Made by a program: the position numbers and the translations under genes
From: Octopus vulgaris
Taxonomy: Eukaryota
Assembly (NCBI GenBank): GCA_951406725.2
Contig: OX597822.1
Span: forward strand, 47,430,001 to 47,494,000
Direction: 5' to 3'
DNA: 64,000 nucleotides
Part shown: piece by piece, positions 38,901 through 50,268 of the stretch
How the letters are laid out: the number at the start of each line of letters is the position of its first letter
Numbering within the stretch: the stretch's first letter is position 1
Notes under the pieces: generated by a model
Told to the model about the DNA's origin: nothing
The model's input: the letters and a program-made list of their open reading frames with translations, nothing else
Database searches by the model: none

Positions 38901-40799
38901 TTTGTCTCCTTAAAAAAGAAATGAATCGCTCTCATCGATTGACAGCACACAAATACCTGAAAGTATTAGCAGTCCTTTTTCCACTCAAATCACATATCAC
39001 CGCCTTAAAAAAAAATAAAGGAAAGCACATACGGGATGTTGTAGTTTCAGACGAAATATGTTTGAAGTGACAGGATGGCCATTACTGGAACGCCTTTCAT
39101 GACAGATCCGCTTGATCAAAACTGACCTGGAGCTAAAACACCAACAGCAATGAGGACGATCTTAATGTAGGCTGAGACATACTCCTAAAACACATCATAC
39201 AAAGTTGATGTGAAGGATAAACGACAACAGCAGCAATAATAATCAAAGGCGTGAGCTTTTATTTGTAGCCATTGATGTTAAATATATCTCCACCTGCAGA
39301 CGCTGGTGACACAACTCGGTGGTTTTCAAACGGTGAGTCTTTTACAATTTAAGTGTGTTGTGGGTGTTATAAAAATTACAATTATATAATGCTTGAACGT
39401 TTCGAAAAAAAAATTGCTATATTTTTTTGATTTTGTTATGCAGGAATAAATAGTCATGTATAAGAATGCGTGTATGTGTAATTTTTCACTTTAGAATATA
39501 TTTTTAATTTTCCATGCGTAGTGAGTCAGTATTTTTTTTTAATTGGCTTCACCTGGTTATTGTTGATCCATGAAGAATAATCGAGTACATAAAGCCACAC
39601 CTTTGTGACAGTTGACATATAGCCACTATAAATTATGCTTACATAATCTGTTTTGATATAATTGGTCTCATAAGGCATTGTTCGTTTTAACTGGTGATCA
39701 TAATTGCATGCGTGGTAGTTGGTGTGCCGTAAAATTGATTGAGACGAATGTCTTAATGTCATACAATTTTCCCAACCATCCAACAATGAAGACACTTTCT
39801 GTAATATCCATCAACTTTGTAACTCTGTAAAATCAGTACAGTCCGTATTAATATGTGCTTTTCATACAGATTACTATACTTAGACTAATAAATCATGTCA
39901 TTCGTTGTGATCCTTTCACATCTCCTTAATAAAATCTAACACCGTAAGATCAATTCCCACCTTTTCTTCCCATGTCTTCCTCGATCTTCTCTCCGGCATG
40001 GCCCTTCGGATCTTTTCCTTTTGAATGGCACTTTGCAACATAATTTCTATGTAACTAAAAAGTTTTAAACTTCGTATACTGGTAGAATGTGTTTATAAAA
40101 CATCATTTTTTCTTGGCTTTCTTGAGAAAATTCTATATGTTGTAAGATATTTCGTCTTTAAATTCGAACATTTCGGCAATTTTAACCAATCGCTGACGTC
40201 CATTTAGGTAAATAACATTCTGTGCATAATGAATATGTCCCTCCTTTAAGAAACAGATTGGGTTTATTTACATTTGTGAAGAAAAAAAGATACCCTCTCC
40301 CACCCCTAACCCTAACTCTAACCCTAAATCTAAAATAGATTAAAATGCAATAGATCGATACTAGGGTTATAATTATGGGTGACAATTTCATACGACACCG
40401 CTACGGAAAATGGGATTTTTTTCTAGCGGTATCAAATGAAAATGGCTTGAGACTCTAGTAGAAGACACTTATCCTATGTGCCACACAGTGGAACTGAACC
40501 TGGAACATGTATTTTAAAAGTAAACTTCTTACCACCCAGCCTTTCCTGCGCCTATATGTATAAATATACGACGGGCTTCTTTCAGTTTCCGCCTACTAAA
40601 TTTAATTACAAGGCTTCTGTTGGCTTGAGACTCTTGTGGAAGACATTTATCCTATTTGCCATACAGTGGAACTGAACCTGGAACATGTATTTTAAAAGTA
40701 AACTTCTTACCTCCCTGCCATACCTGCGCCTATATGTGGAACTTTTGAAAAAAGCCTACTAAAAGCATCTTTAGATACCCAGTATTAGCAAAAAATGGA

Positions 40800-41260
40800 A
40801 CATATCCATTGTCGCAGGAAGACAGTTTCTGGTTTGTGATCAAACCATTTTTCAGAAACTACGAAAACAAACCAGAAATATTTACCAAGAATGATGATAT
40901 TACCATTGTATAGGAAATGCCGGTACAGTCTGAGAGAGAAATCAAAGCAAACAGACCAGACATCATAATTAAATTCCACAAAGATAAAACCAGTATGCTG
41001 ATTGATGTGACAATACTTGCATACCATATCACTACAGTAAAGTTCACTAAAAAAAAGTTCATATAAAGACCTTGAGATTGAAGATCCCAGAATGTGGTAC
41101 GTGACCATCCAAACCATACCAATAGTGATTGGACAACTTGTGTTAATTTAAAATAGACTGGAAAATTCAACAACAAAATCCAAGGAAATATCACATTACA
41201 AGAACCAAGAACGAAAATAAAAAATCTTCCGACGAACAGAATATAATACTTTGGAGAGTT
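40800..41260 (+). mobile_element. RLE-endonuclease domain fragment of an R4/Dong/NeSL-like LINE
   Basis: REIKANRPDIIIK..KDKTSMLIDVTI and YKDLEIE (PD..D restriction-like endonuclease). Confidence 0.7.
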
Positions 41261-41832
41261 CTGTTCTCAAAGAAGCAACATTTACCTTGTATAATCCCAA
41301 GATCACGGTTTAGACCAGGTGATCTGAGATGAAAATAAGGAGCTCAAAGATAGCCATAATAATAATAATCCTTTCTAATGCGGGTACAAGATGTAGAATT
41401 TCAGGGGAGAGGACAAGTCAATTATATCGACTTCACTGCTCAATTGGTACTTACCGAAAAGATGAAAGGCGAAGTCGACCTCAGCGGAATTTGAACTCAG
41501 AATGTAAAGATAGATGAAATACTGCAAAGCAATTTGCTTATCTTAATTTAGTTCTGCATTTAAAGAATCCATAATGTATCTTTCTGTACCTAGCTACCGA
41601 AGTCATTAGAAGTTAATGGGTTACTCGCTTGAATGAAATCGGAGAGAATGGAAAATAGAAATTTTGAATTCAAAAGAAACAGAAAAAAAAAAAGAATAAC
41701 GTAAAGAACAAGGATATAACATCAACAGCAACAACAACAACAACAACGAAAAGACGATAACCACACCTCCCGCCAACGCTTCCAATTGGTGGTTGTTTCA
41801 ATCTGTTTCATATGAGGACTGGCTATATATAA

Positions 41833-41872
<40 letters not shown>

Positions 41873-42235
41873 TGGTGTTAGGAATTAATAGTAGATAGAA
41901 TTTTAAAATCTTGGAATATTCAGTCAGCCAATCTGTGACAAAATTAGGGAAATGACTAATTGACGATGTGACAAAAGTAAATTGATGAATGAATGAGTGA
42001 CAATAGGGTAATCGTGTGAACTTAAGTTTGTTTTTAAGTCGGAAGACGAAAACTATGTTTACAGAACTAAGAGGGGATTATGATCTGCGTTGACATAGGG
42101 GTGTTAGATGTACTGAGTAGAAAAAAAAAAAACAAGATTCCTTATCTGAACAACATCTTCTGGCTGGATTTGTATTCTTTTGGCGGGGTTATTGAAATAT
42201 AGTAGGAATCCGAGGAAGCAAGTTTATATTGAGTG

Positions 42236-44690
42236 GGATAGTGGAGGAGGAGGAAATAGAGGGGGATATAACATCACATGATATGGAAGACAACTGGAGG
42301 TTTCTACAGGACAACCTGCTGAGGGCCACGGACCAGATCTGTGGATAGTGCAAAGTCCCCTTTCGACCCAAGATAACATGGTGGTAGAACAATGTTGTTG
42401 CTAGGGCCATTAGGGAAAAGAAACAGGCTTGGAAGGACTGGAAGAATGGTGATAGCAGGGAATGGTACCAGACAGTCAGAAGGGAAGCTAGGATACAGGT
42501 TTATTTAGCCAGAGGGGAAGCAGATAAGAAAAAATTTGCCAATGTTCCACGCCATGAGGACCAAAGACTTACCAGAAATATAGCATTAGTGGTGCTTTTC
42601 CCTGGCACGAACCCAAACTGCATCTCATCTAAACTGATTCTCTCCCTAGTTAGTTGGGCTATGACCCTCTCCGTGACCTTCATTACAGGTGTAGCAGCAC
42701 CATAATCAACTGCTACAAAGGTAAAGGGCACGCTTTAGATACAAATAATTACAGAGGTATCAAGTTGTTGGATACCAGGAAAAGCACCACTGATGCTATA
42801 TTTCTGGTAAGACAGCTGCAGGAGAAATACCAAGCCAAAGATAATCCCCTGTACCTGGTTTTCGTTGACATGGAGAAAGCCTTTGATAGGGTCCCCCGAT
42901 CCCTTATCTGGTGGTCAATGAGGAAACTAGGTATAGATGAATGGTTAGTGAGAGCTGTGCAAGCCATGTACAGGGACACTGTCAGTAAGTTGAGGATTGG
43001 CAATGAGTACAGTGAAGAATTCCAGGTAGAAGTAGGGGTCCACCAAAGTTCAGTCCTCAGTTCCCTCCTATTTATCATAGTCCTCCAGGCAGTAACAGAG
43101 GAATTCAAGACTGGATGCCCTTGGGAGCTCCTTTACGCGGATGACCTTGCTCTAATTGCTGAGTCATTATCAGAACTAGAGAAGCTTCAGTTGTGGAAGC
43201 AAGGATTAGAATCGAAGGGCCTTCGAGTCAACCTAGCTAAAACCAAAGTCTTAATAAGTAGAAAGGCAGACAAACCACAAATCCCTTCAGGAAGATGGCT
43301 CTGCCCGATCTGTAGAAAAGGTGTAGGTAGAAATTCTATAAGATGTACCCAGTGTAAGCTATGGACACATGCGATGTGCAGCAATATCAAAGGAAGGCTA
43401 ACTAGGAAGATAGATTTTGTATGTGGCAGATGCTCAGGAGCAATAAACACTGAAAATGTGCAGAGAACAATTTCTGCCACATTCCAGGGAGAAAATCTAC
43501 AAGTAGTTGATAGCTTCGGTTACCTAGGTGACCAAGTCAGTAGCGGGGGTGGGTGTGCTGAAAGTGTAACTGCTAGAATAAGAATAGCCTGGGCAAAGTT
43601 CAGAGAGCTCTTACATCTGCTGGTGACAAAGGGCCTCTCACTCAGAGTAAAAGATAGACTGTATGCCGCATATGTATGAACAGCCATGCTACACAGCAGT
43701 GAAACATGAGCTGTGACTGCTGAGGACATGCGTAAGCTCACAAGGAATGAAGCCAGTATGATCCGATGTGTGTGTAACGTCAGTGTGCATACTCAACAGT
43801 GTTAGTACCTTGAGAGAAAAGTTGGACCTAAGAAGCATCAGATGTGGTGTGCAAGAGAGACGTCTGCGTAGTATGGCCATGTGGCGAGAATGGATGAGGA
43901 TAGCTGTGTGAAAAAGTGCCACATCCTACGGTTGAGGGAACCTGTGGAAGAGGTAGATCCAGGAAGACCTGGGATGAGGTGGTGAAGCGGGACCTTCGAA
44001 CATTAGGCCTCACTGAGGCAATGACTAGTGACTGAGACGTGCTGTGCTTGAGAAGACCCGGCAAGCCAAGTGAGACTATAACTCGTGGCCTATGCCAGTG
44101 GTGTAACCAGCCCACTTATGCGTACCTTTTTTTCATTGGACACTAAACTCTGCTTGTGAAGACCTGTTGAGGCAAGTGAAATTGAAATCGAAATCAAATT
44201 CGCTGACGTGGTGGATGACAACACTGGCTGACTGGCATCCGTGCTAGTGGAATGTTAAGAGCACCATCCAAGTGTGATTGTCGCCAGAGCCGTTGACTGG
44301 CTCCCATGCCGGTGGCACGTAAAAAGCACCATTCGAGCTTGATCGTTACCAGCGTCGCCTTACTGGAAGTTGTACGTGTGGCATGTGAAAAACAATATTC
44401 AAGCGAAGTCGTTGGCAGTGCCGCTGGACTGGCTCCTGTGCAGGTAGCACATAAAAAAAAACCTTTTGAGCATGGCCGTTGCCAGTTCCACCTGACTGGC
44501 CCTCGTGCTGGTGACACGTAAAAGCACCAACTACACTCTCGGAGTGGTTGGCGTTAGGAAAGGCATCCAGCTGTAGAAACTCTGTCAGATCAGACTGGAG
44601 CCTGGTGCAGCCATCTGGCTTGCCAGTCCTCAGTCAAACCATCCAACATATGCCAGCATGGAATGCGGACGTTAAAAGATGATGATGATA
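42236..44690 (+). mobile_element. RTE-type LINE, 5'-truncated and rearranged (RT ORF remnant 42654-43679, 3' UTR, (GAT)n tail)
   Basis: NYRGIKLL, FVDMEKAFDRVPR, GVHQSSVLS, LLYADDL, GLRVNLAKTK and FGYLG. Downstream YGHVARM. Stops after 43679. Confidence 0.92.
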
Positions 44691-44709
44691 ATGATGAGAT
44701 ATATATATG

Positions 44710-44832
<123 letters not shown>

Positions 44833-44879
44833 ATGTGTGTGTGTGTATATATATATGTGTGTGTATATATATATATATA

Positions 44880-45310
44880 CTGTAAATCCTCGAGTATAGT
44901 CCGCCCTTGAGTATAATACGCAGGGGATTTTTGGGGGGCTGTACCTCTGAAAAACCTAAACCTTGTGTATAATATGCACCCCTTCTCCAACTTGAGTCAA
45001 GGAGGTCTATATAACGTCCTTTATTATTGCATATATAACATAATGCAAACATGTAGCTTTTTTGTGCATTTTGTTTGCAGAAAGTAAAGAAATAACAATG
45101 ATAACGTTTACAAAATGTTGCTAACTGCAAGTTATGGATGATTTAAGGTATTTTCATACCCGACATCAAAATGCGTCTGAATAAACATTGCCGGACAGCA
45201 AACAGAGACTCAGACATTGCTTAGGAAATAATTTTCATTTTTAACCTTGTGTATAGTATGCATTAGGGATTTTGACCTTTAAATTTTGGGGAAAAAATGC
45301 GGATTTACGG
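44880..45310. mobile_element. Tc1/mariner(pogo)-type MITE
   Basis: TA|CTGTAAATCC ... GGATTTACGG|TA termini. Confidence 0.65.
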
Positions 45311-45322
45311 TATATATATATA

Positions 45323-45393
<71 letters not shown>

Positions 45394-45446
45394 ATATATG
45401 GAATATATATGTGTGTGTGTGTATGTGTGTGTGCGTATATATATAT

Positions 45447-46512
45447 TTCCCCAACCCTACCTTCCAACCTGGCTCATTCCTCTGCTCCCGCCCACGCTGT
45501 CGCACTTGCCCTTACCTCTCCAACACCACCTCCTCACCAGCACCCATCATCGACCCTATCGCATCACCGACTCCTTCACCTACACCTCCAGCAATATCAT
45601 CTATTGCATCTCCTGCTCTCTCTGCCATTCCCTCTACATCGATCAAACGGGACGCCGCTTGGCTGACCCGTTCGCGGAACACCTCCGAGACATCCGTCTT
45701 GGCAATGACATCCCGCTCCACCGGTCACTCTTTGCAACACCTGTCTGTGTTCGGATTGTCCTTGCACAGAGGCCATCCGGACTCCCGTTTGCGCTGTGAA
45801 CAGGGATTAATCTTCTCTCTTCGCTCTTTTACGCCATTTGGGCTCAACTCTCCTCCCCTCTTCATCTAACTTCCTCCCCTTGCCTCTCTCCCCCTCCCTC
45901 CTACTTCCTCCCACCCAACTCTCCTCTCTTGCCCCGACTCCTACTTCTCTTCACCCCTACTCTCTTTCCCTCTTCTCTCTTACTCTCTTTCTCTCTTCTC
46001 CCTCACTCTCCTTCTCTCCTCTATCCCCCTCCCTCCTACCTCGTCCCACCCAACTCTCCTCTCTTATCCCGACTCCTATATCTCTTCACTCCTACTTCTC
46101 TTCGCCCCTACTCTCTTTCCCTCTTCTCTCTTACTCTCTTTCTCTATTCTCTCTTTCTCTCTTCTCTCTTACTCTCTTTCTCTCTTCCCTCTTTCTCTCT
46201 TCTCTCTTACTCTCTTTCTCTCTTCTCTCCTCCTCTCTCTCCTCACATACCCACCTTACCCCCACAAGCCCACCCACCCCTACACATTCCTATTCCACCT
46301 TCCCTATCCTTCACACACCCTCTCCCACATACCCCACCTCTACCCCCACCCTCTGCCTACCCACTCCTTGTTTTTTCTGTGTCCCTTTCTGTAGAAGAGC
46401 GTAGGCTCGAAACGTAAAAGACTTTTTCTATTCCTGAGCGTTATACTAATACATCTGTGTGTTTTGTACACCACCTGTCTTCGTCTTTTGTTTTCTTTTC
46501 GTAAACTCTCCC
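45447..46512 (+). mobile_element. Penelope-like element 3' fragment: GIY-YIG, pyrimidine tract and pLTR-like end
   Basis: YRITDSFTYTSSNIIYCISCSLCHSLYIDQTGRRLADPFAEHLRDIR, then EQGLIFSLRSFTPFGLN. A hammerhead-like motif lies near the 3' end. Confidence 0.85.
46385..46420 (+). ncRNA. Variant minimal hammerhead-like motif at the PLE 3' end
   Basis: CUUU-CUGUAGA-A-GAGC-guag-GCUC-GAAA-CG-UA^-AAAG. Confidence 0.5.
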
Positions 46513-46513
46513 T

Positions 46514-46554
<41 letters not shown>

Positions 46555-46801
46555 TGTTTAGGATTCGCTTTCCATGCTGGCATGGGTTGGACGGTTCAAC
46601 TGGGGTCTGGGAAGCCAGAAGGCTGTACCAGGTCCAGTCTGATCTGGTAATGTTTCTACGGCTGGATGCCCTTCCTAACGCCAACCACTCAATGAGTGTA
46701 GTGGGTGCTTTTTACGTGCCACCAGCACAGAGGCCAGACGAGGCTGGCAAACGGCCACAATCGGATGGTGCTTTTTACGTGCCACCGGCACGGAGGCCAG
46801 T

Positions 46802-46901
<100 letters not shown>

Positions 46902-47244
46902 GTGTGTGTGTGTGTGTGTGTATATACTCTTTTTTTCACTCTTTTTACTTGTATCAGTCATTTGACTGTAGCCATGCTGGAGTACCACCTTTAGTCAAGC
47001 AAATTGACCCCAGGACAGATTTAGTACTATTAAATAGCTATTTCTTCACTTATAAACGAAATGTATTTGTTGAAATTAGTTTTCAATATTTTATCTGAAG
47101 TTTAGTTTAAATTCATATGAGTTTGTCTTGATTTATATCTCAGAAATCTCTATAATCTTCAGGAACTATTTTTTCTCTAATTAGTTTTTTGCCAGGAGTG
47201 TGCTGTATCACACTTTTACTCCATCATCGTTACATTCTGCAGAC

Positions 47245-47833
47245 ATGAGTAACTTGTGACTACAAAAGCGGCTTGCAGCTGATGTTCTTATATTTGGCCA
47301 GAGTAAAGTCCGGCTTGATCCAAATGAAACAAGTGAAATAGCCAATGCCAATTCGAGGCAAAATATCAGGAAGTTAGTCAAAGATGGTTTGATTATCCGC
47401 AAACCCGTGCGTGTCCATTCCCGTGCCCGTGTCAGGAAGAACAAGACTGCATGAAGAAAGGGAAGGCATATGGGTCCTGGTAAAAGGAAGGGTACTGCCA
47501 ATGCTCAAATACCTCAAAAAATTCTTTGGATTCGATGTCAGTGTGTTACGATGACTTTTAAAGAAATACAGAGAATCTAAGAAAATAGACAAGTACTTAT
47601 ACCATGATCTTTATTTGAAGTGCAACGGTAAAATCTTCAAGAACAAGTGTGTGTTAATGGAATACATTCACAAGAAGAAGGCTGAGAAACAGAGAACTAA
47701 ATTGCTCAGTGACCAAGCCAAAGCTTGCAGGACAACGATCAAAGAAGCATGTAAACGCTGTGAAGAGCGTATTGCTATGAAGAAGGCAGATTTGATTAAG
47801 GCTTATCATGAAGAAGATGCCTTGAAGAAATAA
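47245..47833 (+). pseudogene. RPL19: Processed pseudogene of 60S ribosomal protein L19 (eL19)
   Basis: [83 protein letters not shown]...[37 protein letters not shown]. Intronless, with in-frame TGA stops at Arg (CGA) positions. Pyrimidine-rich leader from about 47210. Confidence 0.95.
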
Positions 47834-48440
47834 ATATATATATATATGTATATACAAATTGAGATAGGGGTTATAAATGCAACCCTCCATGTGATAACAT
47901 ATATCCAATATACTGCTAGTGAAGTACCCAGCAAAGTTAATACATAAATGTTAAGGATTGCGATGCAATCAATTCATTTACTGTATTATATGGGCAAAGG
48001 TAAAATGATTTACCACAAATTACTAATACAAGATAAGAAAATGGAGAAATACATCTAAATCAAATATCAATTACCAGATAATACTCAATCACATACTTTA
48101 TTAAACCACCACATAAGAGACTGTAGGGTTAAACATAAAAATGCAGAACAAATCAGTGTACATAAAGGAATGTACATAAAAAAGTATACATAAAAGAGTG
48201 ATGTTATGTAATAAGTAGAATATATATAAAAAAGAGAATATACATATAAGTAAATATAAATATAAGTATATATATTGCATATATATATGCATGCATATAT
48301 ATGTATATGCATATATGTATATATATATATATATATATGCATACATACATATATGTGTATGTATATATAATATATATATATGTATGTATATATGTATATA
48401 TATATATGCATACATATATATATATATGTATGTATATAAA

Positions 48441-48531
<91 letters not shown>

Positions 48532-48895
48532 AAGTAAGATAGGGGTTATGGGTGTAACCCACTATGGGATAGTATTTATCCAATATACTGTTGGTAAAGT
48601 ACTCAGATTCTTAATACATAAATGTTTTTAATTGCAATGCAATTAACTCATTTATTGTATTAAATGGCTGAAGATAAAGAAATATTTTTACCGTAAATTT
48701 ATAATACAAATAAGAAAATGGAGAAATAAATTAAGTTTGTTCATCAACTTTCAGATATTAGAATGTTGGATTATTTATTCATTCAACAAAATGAGAACCT
48801 CAATATCATACATATATCTTATAATTCAATGCATATAAGATAAGAATACAAATTATAAAAATCATAATATAAATTATTGAAATCATTAAAATCAC

Positions 48896-49030
48896 TTCTT
48901 ACAGCTGTTTCAGCCTATGGCTAAAAATAGTTATTTTTATTTCTATTGCCTATAGTTGTCAACATAATGAGGTGGTAGGCATTTAAAAATATGGTACTAA
49001 TATATATAACCATAGGCCTCATTAGAGGTT
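48896..49030 (-). ncRNA. Degenerate Penelope-type hammerhead
   Basis: Minus strand: CUAAUGA-GGCCUAUGGUUA-(long loop)-UAGCCAUAGGCU-GAAA-CAGCUG-UA^. Stem II has 12 bp and stem III is the palindrome ACAGCUGU. G5>A and a weak stem I suggest it is inactive. Confidence 0.55.
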
Positions 49031-49336
49031 ATAAGAACTTTAAAAATATTAATATTAATACATTAAACATGATACACATATTATTTAATATATATGAATA
49101 TATATAAAAAATATGAACAAATATTCATATAGACATATACATATATACTCATATACATACATAAGCAAAGTGTATGTACTTTTACATGTGCAAAATAATA
49201 AATAAACACAATTAAACAATAGGTCCAAGTAGATATACCATACGTCATATACATATCTATACATATATTGGAACATATAAACATGGCTATGCTTATGACC
49301 AAATAAATAATAATCAATTATTGATATTATTATTAT

Positions 49337-49852
49337 TATTCAGTAGTTTTATTTTTATAGCGTGCTTTCACTTCACTACCGAGCGCAGCTCTGTGTGCCT
49401 TGGGTATGTGCTGTGATTTGTTGTGATGCTCTGATGGTTATTGTATGGAAAGTGTTCTGCGTAGGATGTGTGCAGTGCCTAGTAGTGCAATTTTCTGTAT
49501 GTTATATGTGTTTGTAAGTCCTGGTGTTTTTGTTATGTATTTATCTGAATATGATAGGAATTGTTTCTGTTTTCAGGTTCCACATTCTAGTTACCTCTAT
49601 TTCCAGGTCTTTGTATTTTGAGAGTTTCTCCATTTCTTTTAGAGACACGTTGTCATCTGCCGGTATTGATACATCAATTAGAAAGCATTTTTTTCTTCAT
49701 GATCTCTGACAACTATATCTGGTCTGTTGGCCTTAATTTCTCTATCTGTGTGTATCGGCATATCCCAGAGTATGGTTGCTTTCTCATTTTCTGTGACCTT
49801 TTCTGGTGTGTGCCTATACCATCTTTTTTCTGTTGTTATTCCATAATGTTGG

Positions 49853-49855
<3 letters not shown>
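49337..49855 (-). mobile_element. R4/Dong-like LINE 3' fragment (RLE domain) within (TAA)n
   Basis: Minus strand gives PIHTDREIKANRPDIVVRDHEEKKCFLIDVSIPADDNVSLKEMEKLSKYKDLEIEVTRMWNLKTETIPII. (TAA)n lies on both flanks. Confidence 0.8.
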
Positions 49856-49885
<30 letters not shown>

Positions 49886-50113
49886 CCAACATTCTAATAT
49901 CTGAAAGTTGATGAACAAACTAAATTTGTTTCTCCATTTTCTTATTTGTATTATATATGTATATATATATATAGGTTATGAGAAGTAATGGTGTCATTGA
50001 GACTCAAAGGTGCCAGGTAATGCTAAATAAGTGCTATAGATAGACCATAGTTAAGTTCCAGGTTTGGTGATTATGTGAATAACGGGTTCAATGTTGGTCA
50101 TATGTCAGCGTAT

Positions 50114-50268
50114 GTATATAAATTTTTTTTTTTAATGAGATAAAAAACCAAGGCTGTGTAGATTTTAGAACATTTATAGATAGAAGCTGTAAGACTTTCT
50201 ATCCATAAATGTTCTAAAATCTACACAGCCTTGGTTTTTTATCTCATTATGAAAAAAAATTTATATAT
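50114..50268. repeat. Fold-back hairpin
   Basis: AATGAGATAAAAAACCAAGGCTGTGTAGATTTTAGAACATTTAT pairs with ATAAATGTTCTAAAATCTACACAGCCTTGGTTTTTTATCTCATT. Confidence 0.9.

Noticed and set aside
40300-40332. (CCCTAA)n-like telomeric repeats
   Set aside because: Only about 4 degenerate units inside an interspersed repeat. Not a telomere, and element class uncertain.
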